This document shows, piece by piece, positions 1-11,244 of a DNA stretch of 64,000 nucleotides. A program made the position numbers and the translations under genes. A model generated the notes under the pieces. That model searched no databases. It was given only the letters and a program-made list of their open reading frames with translations, and was not told where the DNA came from. The first letter of the stretch is position 1. Each line of letters begins with the position of its first letter. Source of the stretch: Azolla caroliniana (taxonomy: Eukaryota > Plantae > Polypodiophyta); NCBI GenBank assembly GCA_043228905.1, contig JBHGNT010000020.1:8742001-8806000 (forward strand), written 5' to 3'.

Positions 1-21
1 GACGACATTGCTTCTAACATC

Positions 22-217
22 TTGCATATAATGGAAGCCCGAATTGGTTTGTTTTAAATGTCAAGTCGATTGCCCAAGAGTTGTTTAGGGTCAACCGCTC
101 ACACATTTCCAACATCCATTGTTTAATCCATTGTTTAGGGTCCACCGCTCACACACATCAAATAGGTCATCTTTGCAACAACTTATGACATTGGGGTGTG
201 CTGGCAAATGGTACACA
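22..217 (-). pseudogene. Fragment of a second MULE-type transposase (DLTFKTNQFGLPLY); also at about 30530-30730 and 52680-52925
   Basis: D-x-T-F-K-T-N-x-F-G-L-P-L motif typical of the start of the MULE DDE domain. Confidence 0.55.
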
Positions 218-559
218 TCTTCTTCATCATCTTCTTCTTCACAGAAAGGCCCTTCTTTCAACCTCACAATGCATTATTTGGCTTTCATTGATTGATCCTG
301 AGTTGCAACATGCTTTGAGAATGCTTATAAATGTAACAATATTAAGGAAGATACCATTAGATTGCATCTTTTCAAAGCATTCAACTGCTTCTTCAGATTT
401 TCCATATGTAACTTCTCACCCATTCTTCTCAACATAGAGGTACAATTCTCAAGCTTAGATCTTCTTTGACCCATTTGATTCATCTCCTCTTCTTTCCTTT
501 TTAAGGCCTCAATGCATCTAAGAAGAGAATTTCTGACCGCATTGAAGACGAGAATCTCC

Positions 560-920
560 CAATTTCACAACTCGATCAAATAAATTCCTTGCCTCTTCTA
601 AGCTTTCACAGGTCGAATACAGGTTGACTAGTGCATTTCCAATGATAACATCTGACTCCAGACCATTTTTGAGAATTTGATCATAAATCAGTTGTCCTTC
701 TAAAGCTCCGATCATTGTGCATGACTTTAGAACAGATGAGAATATAAAGCTACTAGGTTTTACGTGCTTCTTTTGCATTTTCTCAAATACCAATAATGCC
801 AAGAGTCCATAGCCATTCTGGCCATATCCAACAATGAGAGAACCCCACAAGACAACATCTTTCTTCGGTGAGATGTCAAATAATTTCTGAGCCTCTTCAA
901 TAGCTCCATGATTCGAATAC
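560..920 (-). pseudogene. Captured PLS-type PPR fragment
   Basis: WGSLIVGYGQNG and IGNALVNLYSTCESLEEARNLFD. A deleted derivative of the longer copy at 53225-54442. Confidence 0.85.
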
Positions 921-1506
921 AGTAACTCAAATGTTTATTTTCATTTTCTTTTGTCAAACAACAATCATGAAGAGTGAAACAACAAAGATTCTGCATTTAT
1001 ATCTAATTTTAGACGAATTTCTTCCTTTTTCCCATACAATAACATTCCGCACGAAAGAACAATAGTTTCCACATAGTTACTACTATATTTCTCTCATATA
1101 AGAACAACGACTACCAGCATTAGACATACATAAGGATAATTAGCAAAAGCACAAAGAACATTGTACAATAGCTACTAATCTTAGATGAATTTATTCTTAG
1201 TTTCACTCATACAAAACAAAAGTATTTACTGCCAATCTCAAATGAATTTTTTTCCAATTTTTTTCTTATAACAAATCATCGTAATGATTCTTACTACTAA
1301 TTTCACATAAACCTCTTCCATTCCTTTCCCGTACGAAACTAGTTACAATGAAATCCTTACCTGTCCATCTCTTACTTATACACAAGAACATCAAATACGT
1401 GTAATTCCAAATTTTACCAATCTAATACAAAAAGTTTAATTCCAAAAATATCCACAAAGTCAAATATATCTATCGAGTCAACAAAATATCTAATAATGCA
1501 CAATCA

Positions 1507-3311
1507 TCACTGAATTGGGGCCCTACAACTGCGAGCATTGTGTCCTTTCCCACGGCACCTTCCACAACGATGTTCTTTCTTCTTTGTGCCTTCTTCTATT
1601 GTGCGTATACGTTTGGTTTTTGGACGTCCCGGAGGTCTTCGTGTGGCTGGTGGTAACATGCCTGGAACAAAATTATCATGCGTAACAACAACAGGAAATA
1701 TTGACTCCTTGTAAGTATCACAATATGATTGCAACAAATATGCCTTGTGTGCAAAAGATTGAACTCTTTCTTTTCGAAACAAAATAGCGGCCGCTGCATG
1801 TGCACAAGGTAACCCCATATCCTGCCATTGTCCACAAGTACATATCTTCTTATCCACATAAACAATCCTAACATGTTTCGGAGTATGGATCTCAAAAACA
1901 TCATTAGTAGATGGCAAAATACGATATAGTCTTCCATGTTGTATGGATTCTCTAATGAATTTCTCTGCATATCCAACCAATGCATTACGTGTTATCTCTC
2001 CATTAACCAATCCAGTACGTGCTTTAGAAGTTTCTCCATTAACCCTCCTTTCATAAAACCATGACGTTATCTTCTGGCTTATCAATTCCATCATCCCTAG
2101 AATAGGCATAGCTCTAGCCTCTAACAACCATGCATTTAGGGGACTCGGCAATGTTAGATGTCAAGTGTCCAAACCTTTTCCCTGAAAACTTACATGTAGC
2201 CCAATGTGAGGGGTCGGCGATGCTCATTAGCCATTCAGCTGCATTACTATTTAAAGTGAGAATTTCTGCAATGATAAGATCAAAGTCTTGAGTATTAGTT
2301 GCATCTGCAGCTTTCCACAACATCCCCAATAGTTGAGTGCTTTTAAAAGCTTTTCTGAAATTGTCTGATACATGGCGCATGCAATATCCATGTGATGAAT
2401 CATTGCCAAACACCAACATGACACCATCCACTAAACCCTTTTGTCTATCTGAAATAAACGTTAGTGGATCTGTGTGTCGAAGAACATCCTTCAAACTTTG
2501 AAGAAACCAACACCAATTATCATCATTCTCTACTATTACTACACCAAATGCAATCGGAAACAAAGCACCTTGTGCATCGATGGTAGTAGCCGTGAGAAGG
2601 ATTCCTAGGTATTTTCCTTTCAAATGAGTTCCATCTAGACCAATTATTGGTCTACAATGCATGAAACCATTTATGCTTGCATTGTAAGCAATGAATATGC
2701 GAAGAAAGCGGCCTTCAATTGTTTCTTGAACATGTGCCACACTACCAGGATTAGCTTCTAAAATGTTTTGGCAATAATTTCGAAGATTTTGATATGCAAA
2801 TACATGTTCCCCATGGATTTGAGCACGTGCACTTTCTTTTGCTTTCCACGCTACCCTGTAAGAGATAGTGACGCCTTTTTCACGACGCACATCACCAATT
2901 AGTTCCTTTGGTGTGTATGTAGGATGATCTTTAAACTTCTCCAATGTTGTTTCAGCCAATCATTTTGAGCTTACTTCTTTGTTCCCTAAGTGTTGAGTGC
3001 CACCACATTTATGTTCTTCCCTATTCTTCTTGATTTGGCATTTTGGACCTCCTTCAATACAAGATGCATGCAACCTCCATCGCCATCCAGAATTTTTGCA
3101 TGCAATTGTTAATCTAGCAAAAGTCATGTGAGCACAAATTTAAGATTAAAAGTCAAGCGAATGTAAAAGCATATGAGTGCAAAATTCATGTGAACCTTGT
3201 TTTATCCGACTTGATCACTCTTAGCTCAACATGAGAGCCAATTGCATCATCTGTCACAGTTTGTCGAAGCTCCTTCAAAGAGTCAAATTGCCTTCCCTCC
3301 ACCAAAGCCAT
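1507..3311 (-). pseudogene. MuDR/MULE transposase with SWIM and CCHC zinc fingers, copy A (intron 3195-3114, stop near 2960, frameshift near 2140)
   Basis: IGLDGTHLKGKY, FISDRQKGL, CMRH, TSNIAES, CTCGQWQ..PCAH and CGRCRGKGHNARSC motifs; an in-phase 82-bp GT-AG intron. Confidence 0.9.
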
Positions 3312-3376
3312 TCTATGAGAGACATCAAACATCGAAATGAGAGCGAGATAGAGAGAAGAAGAAGAAGAAGAAAGCA

Positions 3377-3660
3377 TTGGATCTATACAAAACGATGAGA
3401 AACGTTGATGTTTCTTCTTCACATCCAAATGAACATACTTTTGTTGCTTTACTCAAGGCTTGTATAAGGTTAAGAGACATGAGAACAAGTCTTCATGTAC
3501 ATGTAGAATGTGATTCGAGAGGTTTCCTACATAGTGATATCTCATTGGCTACCACTTTGGTTGATACTTATGCAAAATGTGGCTCAATCGAGAGAGCTAG
3601 ACAGGTTTTCGATAAATTACATGTTAGAGATACAATCTCCTGGACTTCATTGATTGTGTT
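3377..3660 (+). pseudogene. Captured PPR fragment; also at 34950-35210
   Basis: TFVALLKAC..TLVDTYAKCGSIERARQVFDKL..DTISWTSLI. Confidence 0.85.
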
Positions 3661-3769
3661 TGAAAGACTACCCAAAGAAGAGAATCACATGTTAGAGATA
3701 CAATCTCTGTCAGCAGTTGGAGAGAATCACATCTTTGTCAGCAATTGGAGAGATTGAAGTCAACCGATG

Positions 3770-4180
3770 AAGGTGGATATTTTAGTATTCCATGGCTTTG
3801 CTAAGCTATGAAAGAAGTGGTTCTTTCTACACATGGATATGCAGAGGTATTTATCCCTGATCTTCAACAGGCTCTTGCAGAAGGTGATTTCAAATGGTTA
3901 GATGAGTACTTAGATGACAAAGCTTCTTGGCATTTGCCGAACTCTCCGAGATGCCATCTCAGAAATAAAAACCTACGATTCTTATGTTGATCTAGTTATA
4001 CATAGCTTCTCACCACATACAGTTGGTTATGAACCTTACCTGAGAAGATCTAAAAATTCTCTTCTTAGATGCATTGAGGCCTTAAAAAGGAAAGACGAGG
4101 AGATGAATCAAGTGGGTCAAAGAAGATCTAACCTTGAGAATTGTAGCTCTATGTTGAGAAGAATGGGTGAGAAGTTACAT
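3770..4180 (+). pseudogene. Captured BYPASS1/DUF793-like fragment
   Basis: Frameshifted reading FSIPWLC*AMKEVVLSTH..KWLDEYLDD/TKLLGICRTLRDAISEI resembles the BPS1/ROH1 family N-terminal half (from recall). Confidence 0.55.
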
Positions 4181-4320
4181 ATGGAAAATTTGAAGAAGCA
4201 GTTGAATGCTTTGAAAAGATGCAATCTAATGGTATCTTCCTTGATATTGTTACATTTATAAGCATTCTCAAAGCATGTTGCAACTTAGGATCAATCAATG
4301 AAGGCCAAGTAATGCATTGT
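4178..4320 (+). pseudogene. Short PPR fragment inside the long inverted repeat; mirrored at about 270-410 on the minus strand
   Basis: YGKFEEAVECFEKMQSNGIFLDIVTFISILKACCN. Confidence 0.7.
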
Positions 4321-5287
4321 GAGGTTGAAAGAAGGGGTTTTCTCTGAAGAAGAAGAAGAAGAAGAAGAAATCTTTGAAGGATACAGGAAAAAGAGAAATT
4401 AGTAGGAAAAGGGGATTGAATAATAAAAGAAGAAAGAGCAAACCTAATAATAGAGAAATGACTACATATAAACACACACACACACACACAGTACTCACCT
4501 GATGAAGACGATTGATGATGAACAAGAAAGAAGAGAAAGACTACCCATAGAATCGCTAAGTAAAGAATTTTGTGTTTGACGAGTATTTTGGTAAATATGG
4601 CTTGTATATATTTGAGTGTATATTTACTTTATAGAGTGTATTTTTTTGGACATAGGGGTAGTTTGGTAAATTTGAAACTTCCAAGGGCATTCTGGTAAAT
4701 AGACAAACTTCTAGGGGTATCCTGGTACTTTTCCCTTAAAATTATTCAGAGTACCATCATTGGAGCTGAATTGTGATAAGCAATCTTGTACAAATCTAGC
4801 GCGAAATCCAAAGATGAGCGACAATATTTGACATGTCTCCTTTAAGAATCATTTCTTACGAGACTTAATCGAGGATAAAAAGATAGAATTAAAGTTCACA
4901 CCATCAACCTCAATGTGGGCCGATTTTAAGACAAAAGCACAACATATTGTATTGCAAGGAAATAGGATCTCTAAATATTTCTAAATTCAAAGAATAAAGC
5001 ATGATGCTTTGATTATTTGATTAGGTGGGAGTGTTAAATTAGAGAATAATAAACAATAATGTATATGGTCTCTCATCTAGGAGACACGTGAAGAGACATA
5101 GTGTCTCATGGGAAAGCCCACGGTTGGCAACTACTTGTTGTATCGTTGTACATTTTGTTTCATTAGAATCGAATCAATACGTTAAGTCTATACAAATCTG
5201 TTACACTATATTCTATTCCTATACTTCTACATTTTAATATGTACATCATCATATGTCTTCATTAATCCTAAAAGAATTTGATGGAGG

Positions 5288-7541
5288 TTATGCATGGGTG
5301 GTTGGGCTGAAGAGGTTGGCGATGGCCGAGGAGCGGAGCACAGAGAGGGCATCGGGTGACACAAGGCAGCGTGGAGTTTTGTACTGTGTGATCGTGGCGC
5401 CACTCAACATGAAGCGGTCTACGAGGCGCGAGAAAGTGCCGCGTTGCACAATGCACAACTCCAAGGCACCGATTGTCCCCATTTTCCTTGACGTGACATA
5501 CCCTGCCTCCACAAATGAGCGGTCCATCAATGCGGCGCAATCCGCCAACACGTCTGCTTGCGATATGACCCGTTGAGCTCCCATAATTGCCAGCTCGTGG
5601 TGGCTCGTGCCGTCGTATGCATGCACCTTCTTAGATGATTTTGCACATTTGTCCGCCTCGGTCGGCACTACTTCGGGCTCTCCTCCTTGAACCTCCCAGA
5701 AGACCACGTAGTGACCCGGCGTGGTCGTTCTGTCCGCGTAGCTCGTATAGTCCACCAGCTCCATGGTGCTCCTGCTCGCCTCCGCCAACTGCTTCGCCGC
5801 CCGGTCCACGACAGCTTTCAGGTCTTTCTCGGTGATCTTGTCGATGTTGAGACTGAGCATCACATTCTTCCGACAAACATACGCCACTTGTGGAGCATTG
5901 TTATAGAACCCGGTGACTCGCACGATGTCACCGAGACGGTACCTGTAGAGTCCCCAAGCCGTGGTCATGACGATTTCGTATTCTTGCCCAACTTTCACGT
6001 CGGTAAGTCCGACTGGCACTCCTTCGTCGTATGCCGCCAGGGCTGCACCCCCGCCATTCGACATGTCGTTGATATGAGTGGATCGCGTCCTGCTCAAGGG
6101 AATGAACTCGAAGAATGCGAGCGTGGGCAAGATTGTGAAGGAGACATCGGTAGGTGTCGAAGTCGGGCCAATATTGACACCGATCCAGCCTTCAGTGGCG
6201 GCGTAGTCAGCGGACACGAGGGGTACGGCCCCGCCCGTGTAAAACTCGAGCTTCTCGACATACACCTCCATGGCACCGGTGAGGATGGACAGCACGTACT
6301 TGCAGCGCGGCCACAGGATGCGTACCGCGCCCTTCCAAGCACCGCCGGAGCCGAGAGCACGTTTCGAGGTCAAGCTGCGGCACTTGCTGGCGATCAAGTC
6401 CGCGAGCACGGGATTCGGTTTACGGAGGAGGATGTGGTCTTCCATAGCCGCCCGGAGGGTCGGGTCGGTGATCTTCTCGTTGAGCTCACCGGTGCGGATA
6501 TCGTGGCAAAGGCTGCGCCACTCGGTCTCGAGTGTCCGGAGGGCTTCCACGAGTGTGAACGCGAAGGGGGCGCTGAGGACTTGGACCTCGTGCGCGTGGA
6601 AGAGGCCACACAGGAGGTGGCAGTACATGGATTGCCGGCAGTCGGGTGCGAGGATCACGTCTTGGGGACTACACGATTGGAAACCGCTCTTTTGCTGCCT
6701 CATCCGGAATGCATCGGCACGGATCATGTGAGTGGTCGCAGTCCCGGCCTTCAAGCCGCCTTTGGTTGTCGAGAATTTCCCGCAGAAGAGGAATTCCAGG
6801 ATCCGGGATCCTCCGTCCACCGGATAAATCCTGCAGATCACATCACAGATCACACCATTAATATCTGATGAATTGAATTAGGCATTTTGAAATAGTTTTG
6901 AAACAGCAGTGAGTGAGTGAGTGAGTGAGTAGTTAATCAGGTACCGGTGCAGGTACTAAAGATTGGTTTTTTAACTTAATTTAACAAAAAAAAGTAATGA
7001 TTGGAACAGGAGCTCACCCTTCTCGAAATGCTGCAGCAATGCTGGCTACCTCCAGAGTTCCTTCCTTGAGTCCTTCGTGATACAGAAGATACTTGGCTCT
7101 GGTATCAGTCGTGCCAGAGCTCAGACACAGGCCTTGGACAGGGGCTGCCGTGAGGAGGCCCCCTGGTGGCGATCCTTGGTTCCCATGCTCCGCGATCCTT
7201 TCAATGAATGGCATGATATCGGGGTGAGTAATGAGAGGAACGGTCTTCTTGAATCCATCAATGTAATCGGTGGCGCCGCCGCCTACTACTTCAGATGCTG
7301 AGCCGATCGATGATGATGATAATGCTTCGATCCCTTGGAATTGTTGCAGATATTCGCAGCACGCATTGTCTCGGATGATGGAGCGGAGCAAATCCGATTG
7401 AATCTCGGCTGCGTTCCTCGTGATATCTTCGAATCGATCGAGGACGGGCTGGAATCGATTGGTCTTATGGAATGGCGAGACGGGATCCGAATGAGAATTG
7501 GGAGAGAAAGAAGAAGAAGAAGAAAGTGGGCGGCCCGGCAT
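5288..7541 (-). CDS. GH3: Group I GH3 acyl-acid amido synthetase (JAR1/GH3.10-like), two exons (7541-7018, 6830-5288), about 688 aa
   Basis: Motifs LSSGTT, GTATT, ADYAATEGWIGVN, GLYRYRLGD, PGHYVVFWE and QYKTPRC. The GT..AG intron at 7017-6831 (GG|gtgagc ... ctgcag|G) joins ORFs 7014-7541 and 5288-6853 in phase 2 with no stops. Confidence 0.93.
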
Positions 7542-7720
7542 GGTGATGAAGGCGATTTGGGAATTTCGATCGTCGATTGCGATTCAAAAGTGATGAGGAA
7601 GGCGATCAGGAGATCAAATGAGGTTACAATGAGAGGCCGATTTGGGGCTTGATTGAGTGAGTGAGTGAGTTGAGTGATGAGCATTAGCCACTCTGATTTG
7701 ATCTGATCTGCTGCTACTGT

Positions 7721-7727
7721 ATTTATA
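7721..7727 (-). promoter_or_regulatory. Putative TATA box of GH3
   Basis: TATAAAT on the minus strand about 180 bp upstream of the ATG, followed by a pyrimidine-rich 5' UTR with (CACT)n. Duplicated at about 58822-58828. Confidence 0.55.
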
Positions 7728-9677
7728 GGCGGGCGGAACTCCTTTCCTTTTCCTTTTCCTTTTCCTTTCCCGCGTTGTCACCATCACTTCTTACTTCTTA
7801 CTTTCTTTTCTGCGTTGTGCTGCAGTGTTTGGGGGGAACTAACCGTCAACGCCCTTCTTTCCTCCTCAAAAGCGTTTGTGTTGGCCAGTTCCACCTTCCT
7901 TTCTTTCTTCATCAAAAACCCACTCTCTCTCTCTCTCTCTCTCTTTGTCGCCTCTACATTCTTTTTCCCCCTTTATATACATATCAATATGTATTTGTAT
8001 CATGTATGTATAGTGAGTGCTAAAGCTACATATATCAATATGTCTTATACATTATGATATATGTACATACATATGTATTATTAGCTTTGTACTTGCCACC
8101 CTCTCGCCAACAAGCAAGGTGTGCGCGCGAACTCAATCCTTAGCTACACTTGTCCCTCTAACTTTATCTTCAAATAATTAGGCCTGCGTAATGTCAAAGA
8201 ATTGATAATAGAATTTAGAGGCAATCAACCTTTGACTAGACTTCACTTAAACCTATTGTGGATTCCATGCTCCTTCTATGCCACCTAGATGAGCATAGAC
8301 TCACACTATGAAGTAATGTAAAACGTTTCTACTAAGAAATCATAATGTATGGATTTGAATGCAGTCTCCATTGAAGGCATAGCTAGTTGTCGAAAAACTA
8401 AAAATGGCTTAAAAGCGACTCGCATGTACATAGTCTCACATTGTGCATGGACCTTAATCTTGCTCCTACATCTTTGGTTACTGTTAAGAATCTCTCACTA
8501 ATCAATAAACCAAATAAAAGTAAAAGAAAGGTGAATATATATATTGGATAGAAGAACCCAATCCTACCAATCATCGTTGGGCTATGACCAAGACATAACC
8601 AACCTACCGTCGACGTTCCATATCGACTAATATTAGGATGACGAGTACCTTGGAAGAGGTAACACAATCGTCATGAAGAACGCCTAGCTCATACCACTAG
8701 TGTCTCAAGATTTCAGCCTTCCAATGTAATGTGTTTTATGAGGATAGTTAGATCTCACATTTATTCTTCTTCTTAGGCCCCTTGAATAGACGTGCTTTTC
8801 TAAAAGACTCTCATTCATTGTTTGTCAAGATCATGATAATCCAGACACCTATCATTCTCTTTATCTAATAATATTAGTCCCTTTCTAACATTTGTGAATA
8901 TAGCCTTCACTTATGTTTTGTAAATATTAGTACCTACTCTTAACTACATAATAGTTAGCAACTAATCATCATTTAAAATTTGTGATTTTGATGGAAATAT
9001 CTTAATTTCATATTTTTCGTATAATCCATCATTTTCAATCCGTTGGAGTCTTGCATTTGTTTTACTAATATATATACTCGCATGCTACCTCAAGCAAGTG
9101 AAGTATGATTAATTTTAGGAGTACTACTAGTCGTGATTTTCTCTAAATATTGAATGAGTGTAACAAGAAATAATTTTAAAATAAGTGCTACAAACCGAAA
9201 ATAATATAGACATCCAAGGAAAAGAAAAGAAAGAAATGATATATCAGCACCACTAATCAAGAAATTCAAAAGTTTGGGCATTATCACAAGATCGTTGAAA
9301 CTTCCAATAGTCAGGTTTTCTAATTTCCTAGGACACAATAAAGTTGGGACAAATTTTGGTATTTTTTACCAAATTTTTGGTATTTCGACAAGTTAGTTTG
9401 ACACATGTTTACTTTGTAGATTTCCAACCCTTGATTAAAAGTGTTGGAAATTCATACACTTTTTACAATTTCAAAACTTCCCATAGGAAACGAAGCTTAG
9501 GAAAATTCTGTCATCAATGAAGTGTTGAAACTTTTTACGAGGCACAAGCACCATATCGCATTGGAGATTATCACCCACCAAAATGACCAAATAAACCTTC
9601 ATGTGCAAAAGTGTAAGGTGGAAAGTATTGCCTCTACAGTCAATATGGATAGGAGGTATTCATCATTGATTTGTTAC

Positions 9678-10397
9678 ACGTGTGCATTTTATGTGTTTAA
9701 GGTCAAGTTAGTCTCGGATTATTGTATTGTTCATACCTCTCCCCCATATGTACATGTCCCCATTTAACTGGTATTCCTTTGTATATGAAGAATGTGTAAA
9801 ATTTTGCCTAGAACCTAGGCTAACATATGATGACCTCATACCTAACATATGGGAACTAGTGAAGAATGGTATTAATCCCTTCATGAAGCTAGGAAAGCTA
9901 ATGATAATCTTAATTAAGATGTAATTAATAAAACACATGATCCTAGCCTCTTTCATAGAAAATGTGGCCGATCTAGCATAAGACTCCAATCTAACATTGG
10001 TAATGAACACATAAACATGAGCCTTTCTTGAATGATCAATGATGTGATAATCTAACAACCTAATCAAACGTTTTCATTCGATCAAAGATTCTCACCAAGG
10101 TGATGATAAAATGAGGTAGTTTGCATATTTATATCTTGAGTCAAAGACCCCTTGATCACCACTTACATGCTTACGTGTGACAAACCATGCTAGGTTGTCT
10201 GAGACTATAGGGTAGTTATCCTTCTTGATTTATATATTTATTTATGATAGACTATTCCCATTTGGACCTAAAGCTATGTCCGTAACAAATAATTATTGAA
10301 TTCATGCCATGAACTTTGAACCCAAGCTTGAACTTGCCCACAACTAAAAATTGTTTGGTTAGCATGTCTTAGATATTAAACAATGAATGTCATGGTT
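9678..10397. repeat. Direct duplicate of 23425-24144; contains the empty ACGT target site of the gypsy element
   Basis: Near-identical sequence; the same spurious ORFs occur at 9708-10067 and 23455-23814. Confidence 0.92.
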
Positions 10398-10749
10398 GTT
10401 CAACCACCGGATTGGACCAAAGACTTTCATGTCTTTATCGATGCGTCGGATATAACAATTGGGAGTGCATTAATGCAATTATTAGAAACCAATTTGTATT
10501 GATTGACGGGAACTGGTCGTTCCTTATGCCCAACGCTCGGCCACAACCGAGCTTAGAATGATACACAGAAAATGGGAAATAAAACGCGACACAAAGAAGA
10601 GACGAGGTACACAGGAGGTTTACGTGGAAAACCCCAAACTAGGGGAAAAAAAACCACGGCAGCCCACAGGCTACAAACTATCACTATGATGGAATGTACA
10701 ACCATGAGTTCACTGAGGCACCGACCTCGTGCTCACAAATCTTCGCCAC
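10394..10749. repeat. Duplicate of 25666-26019: gypsy RNase H remnant (VVQPPDW..FIDASD) plus a truncated copia LTR starting at 10504
   Basis: Direct sequence match. The LTR start TGACGGGAACT matches 25776 and 35294. Confidence 0.88.
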
Positions 10750-11244
10750 CAGATTGCGGTCAGATGCCGTCGGATCACCGGCTCCATCGCCGGTCTAGTT
10801 TTGGTTGGCCAATACCCTTTTCGAGTAGCTAGCCACCTCCACTCTAAGTTCAAGTTACCTTGAACTCTCTATGCTCCACACATAGACACAAAGATAATAT
10901 CTTTTGCTCCACCTTATATATGATGAGAGCCGTATTTGTCGTGCCTATGTGGGATATCTCACAATTTTCTCTTTTCTTTTCACAAACTTTATACCCTCAT
11001 ATCTTGACATTTAGTTGTCTATTTCTCGTGTAATAAAGTGCATTCGAAACCTCCATCATTTTGTGCTTAGATATTAAAAATGTTATCTTCACAATTACTG
11101 TATTACGTGATTCATACTCGATTTTGTACGTTTTATGGGATTTTCACACTATTGCCGAAAATCTTCACGACATCCACCCCCACCAAACCGCACGTCCTCC
11201 GGTACGTGCCAAGAAGAGAAGAAGTGAGATTTCGGCTACGATGA

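Larger units (their letters stand above)
218..4735 (-). mobile_element. Pack-MULE-like element, copy A (left end truncated)
   Basis: MULE-type terminus GGGAAAAGTACCAGG.. with ~29-bp subterminal repeats at 4655-4735, long inverted repeat 218-532 vs 4054-4369, and internal transposase and host-gene fragments. Confidence 0.75.

Noticed and set aside
5687-6868. 393-aa ORF antisense to GH3
   Set aside because: Shadow ORF expected from GC-rich codon usage; no recognisable motifs.
7770-7955. TGTC-core auxin response elements upstream of GH3
   Set aside because: Only TGTCAC and TGTCGC variants, not canonical or paired; expected by chance.
9708-10067. 119-aa ORF conserved in two places (also 23455-23814)
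   Set aside because: Conservation is explained by the recent duplication; no family could be recognised.
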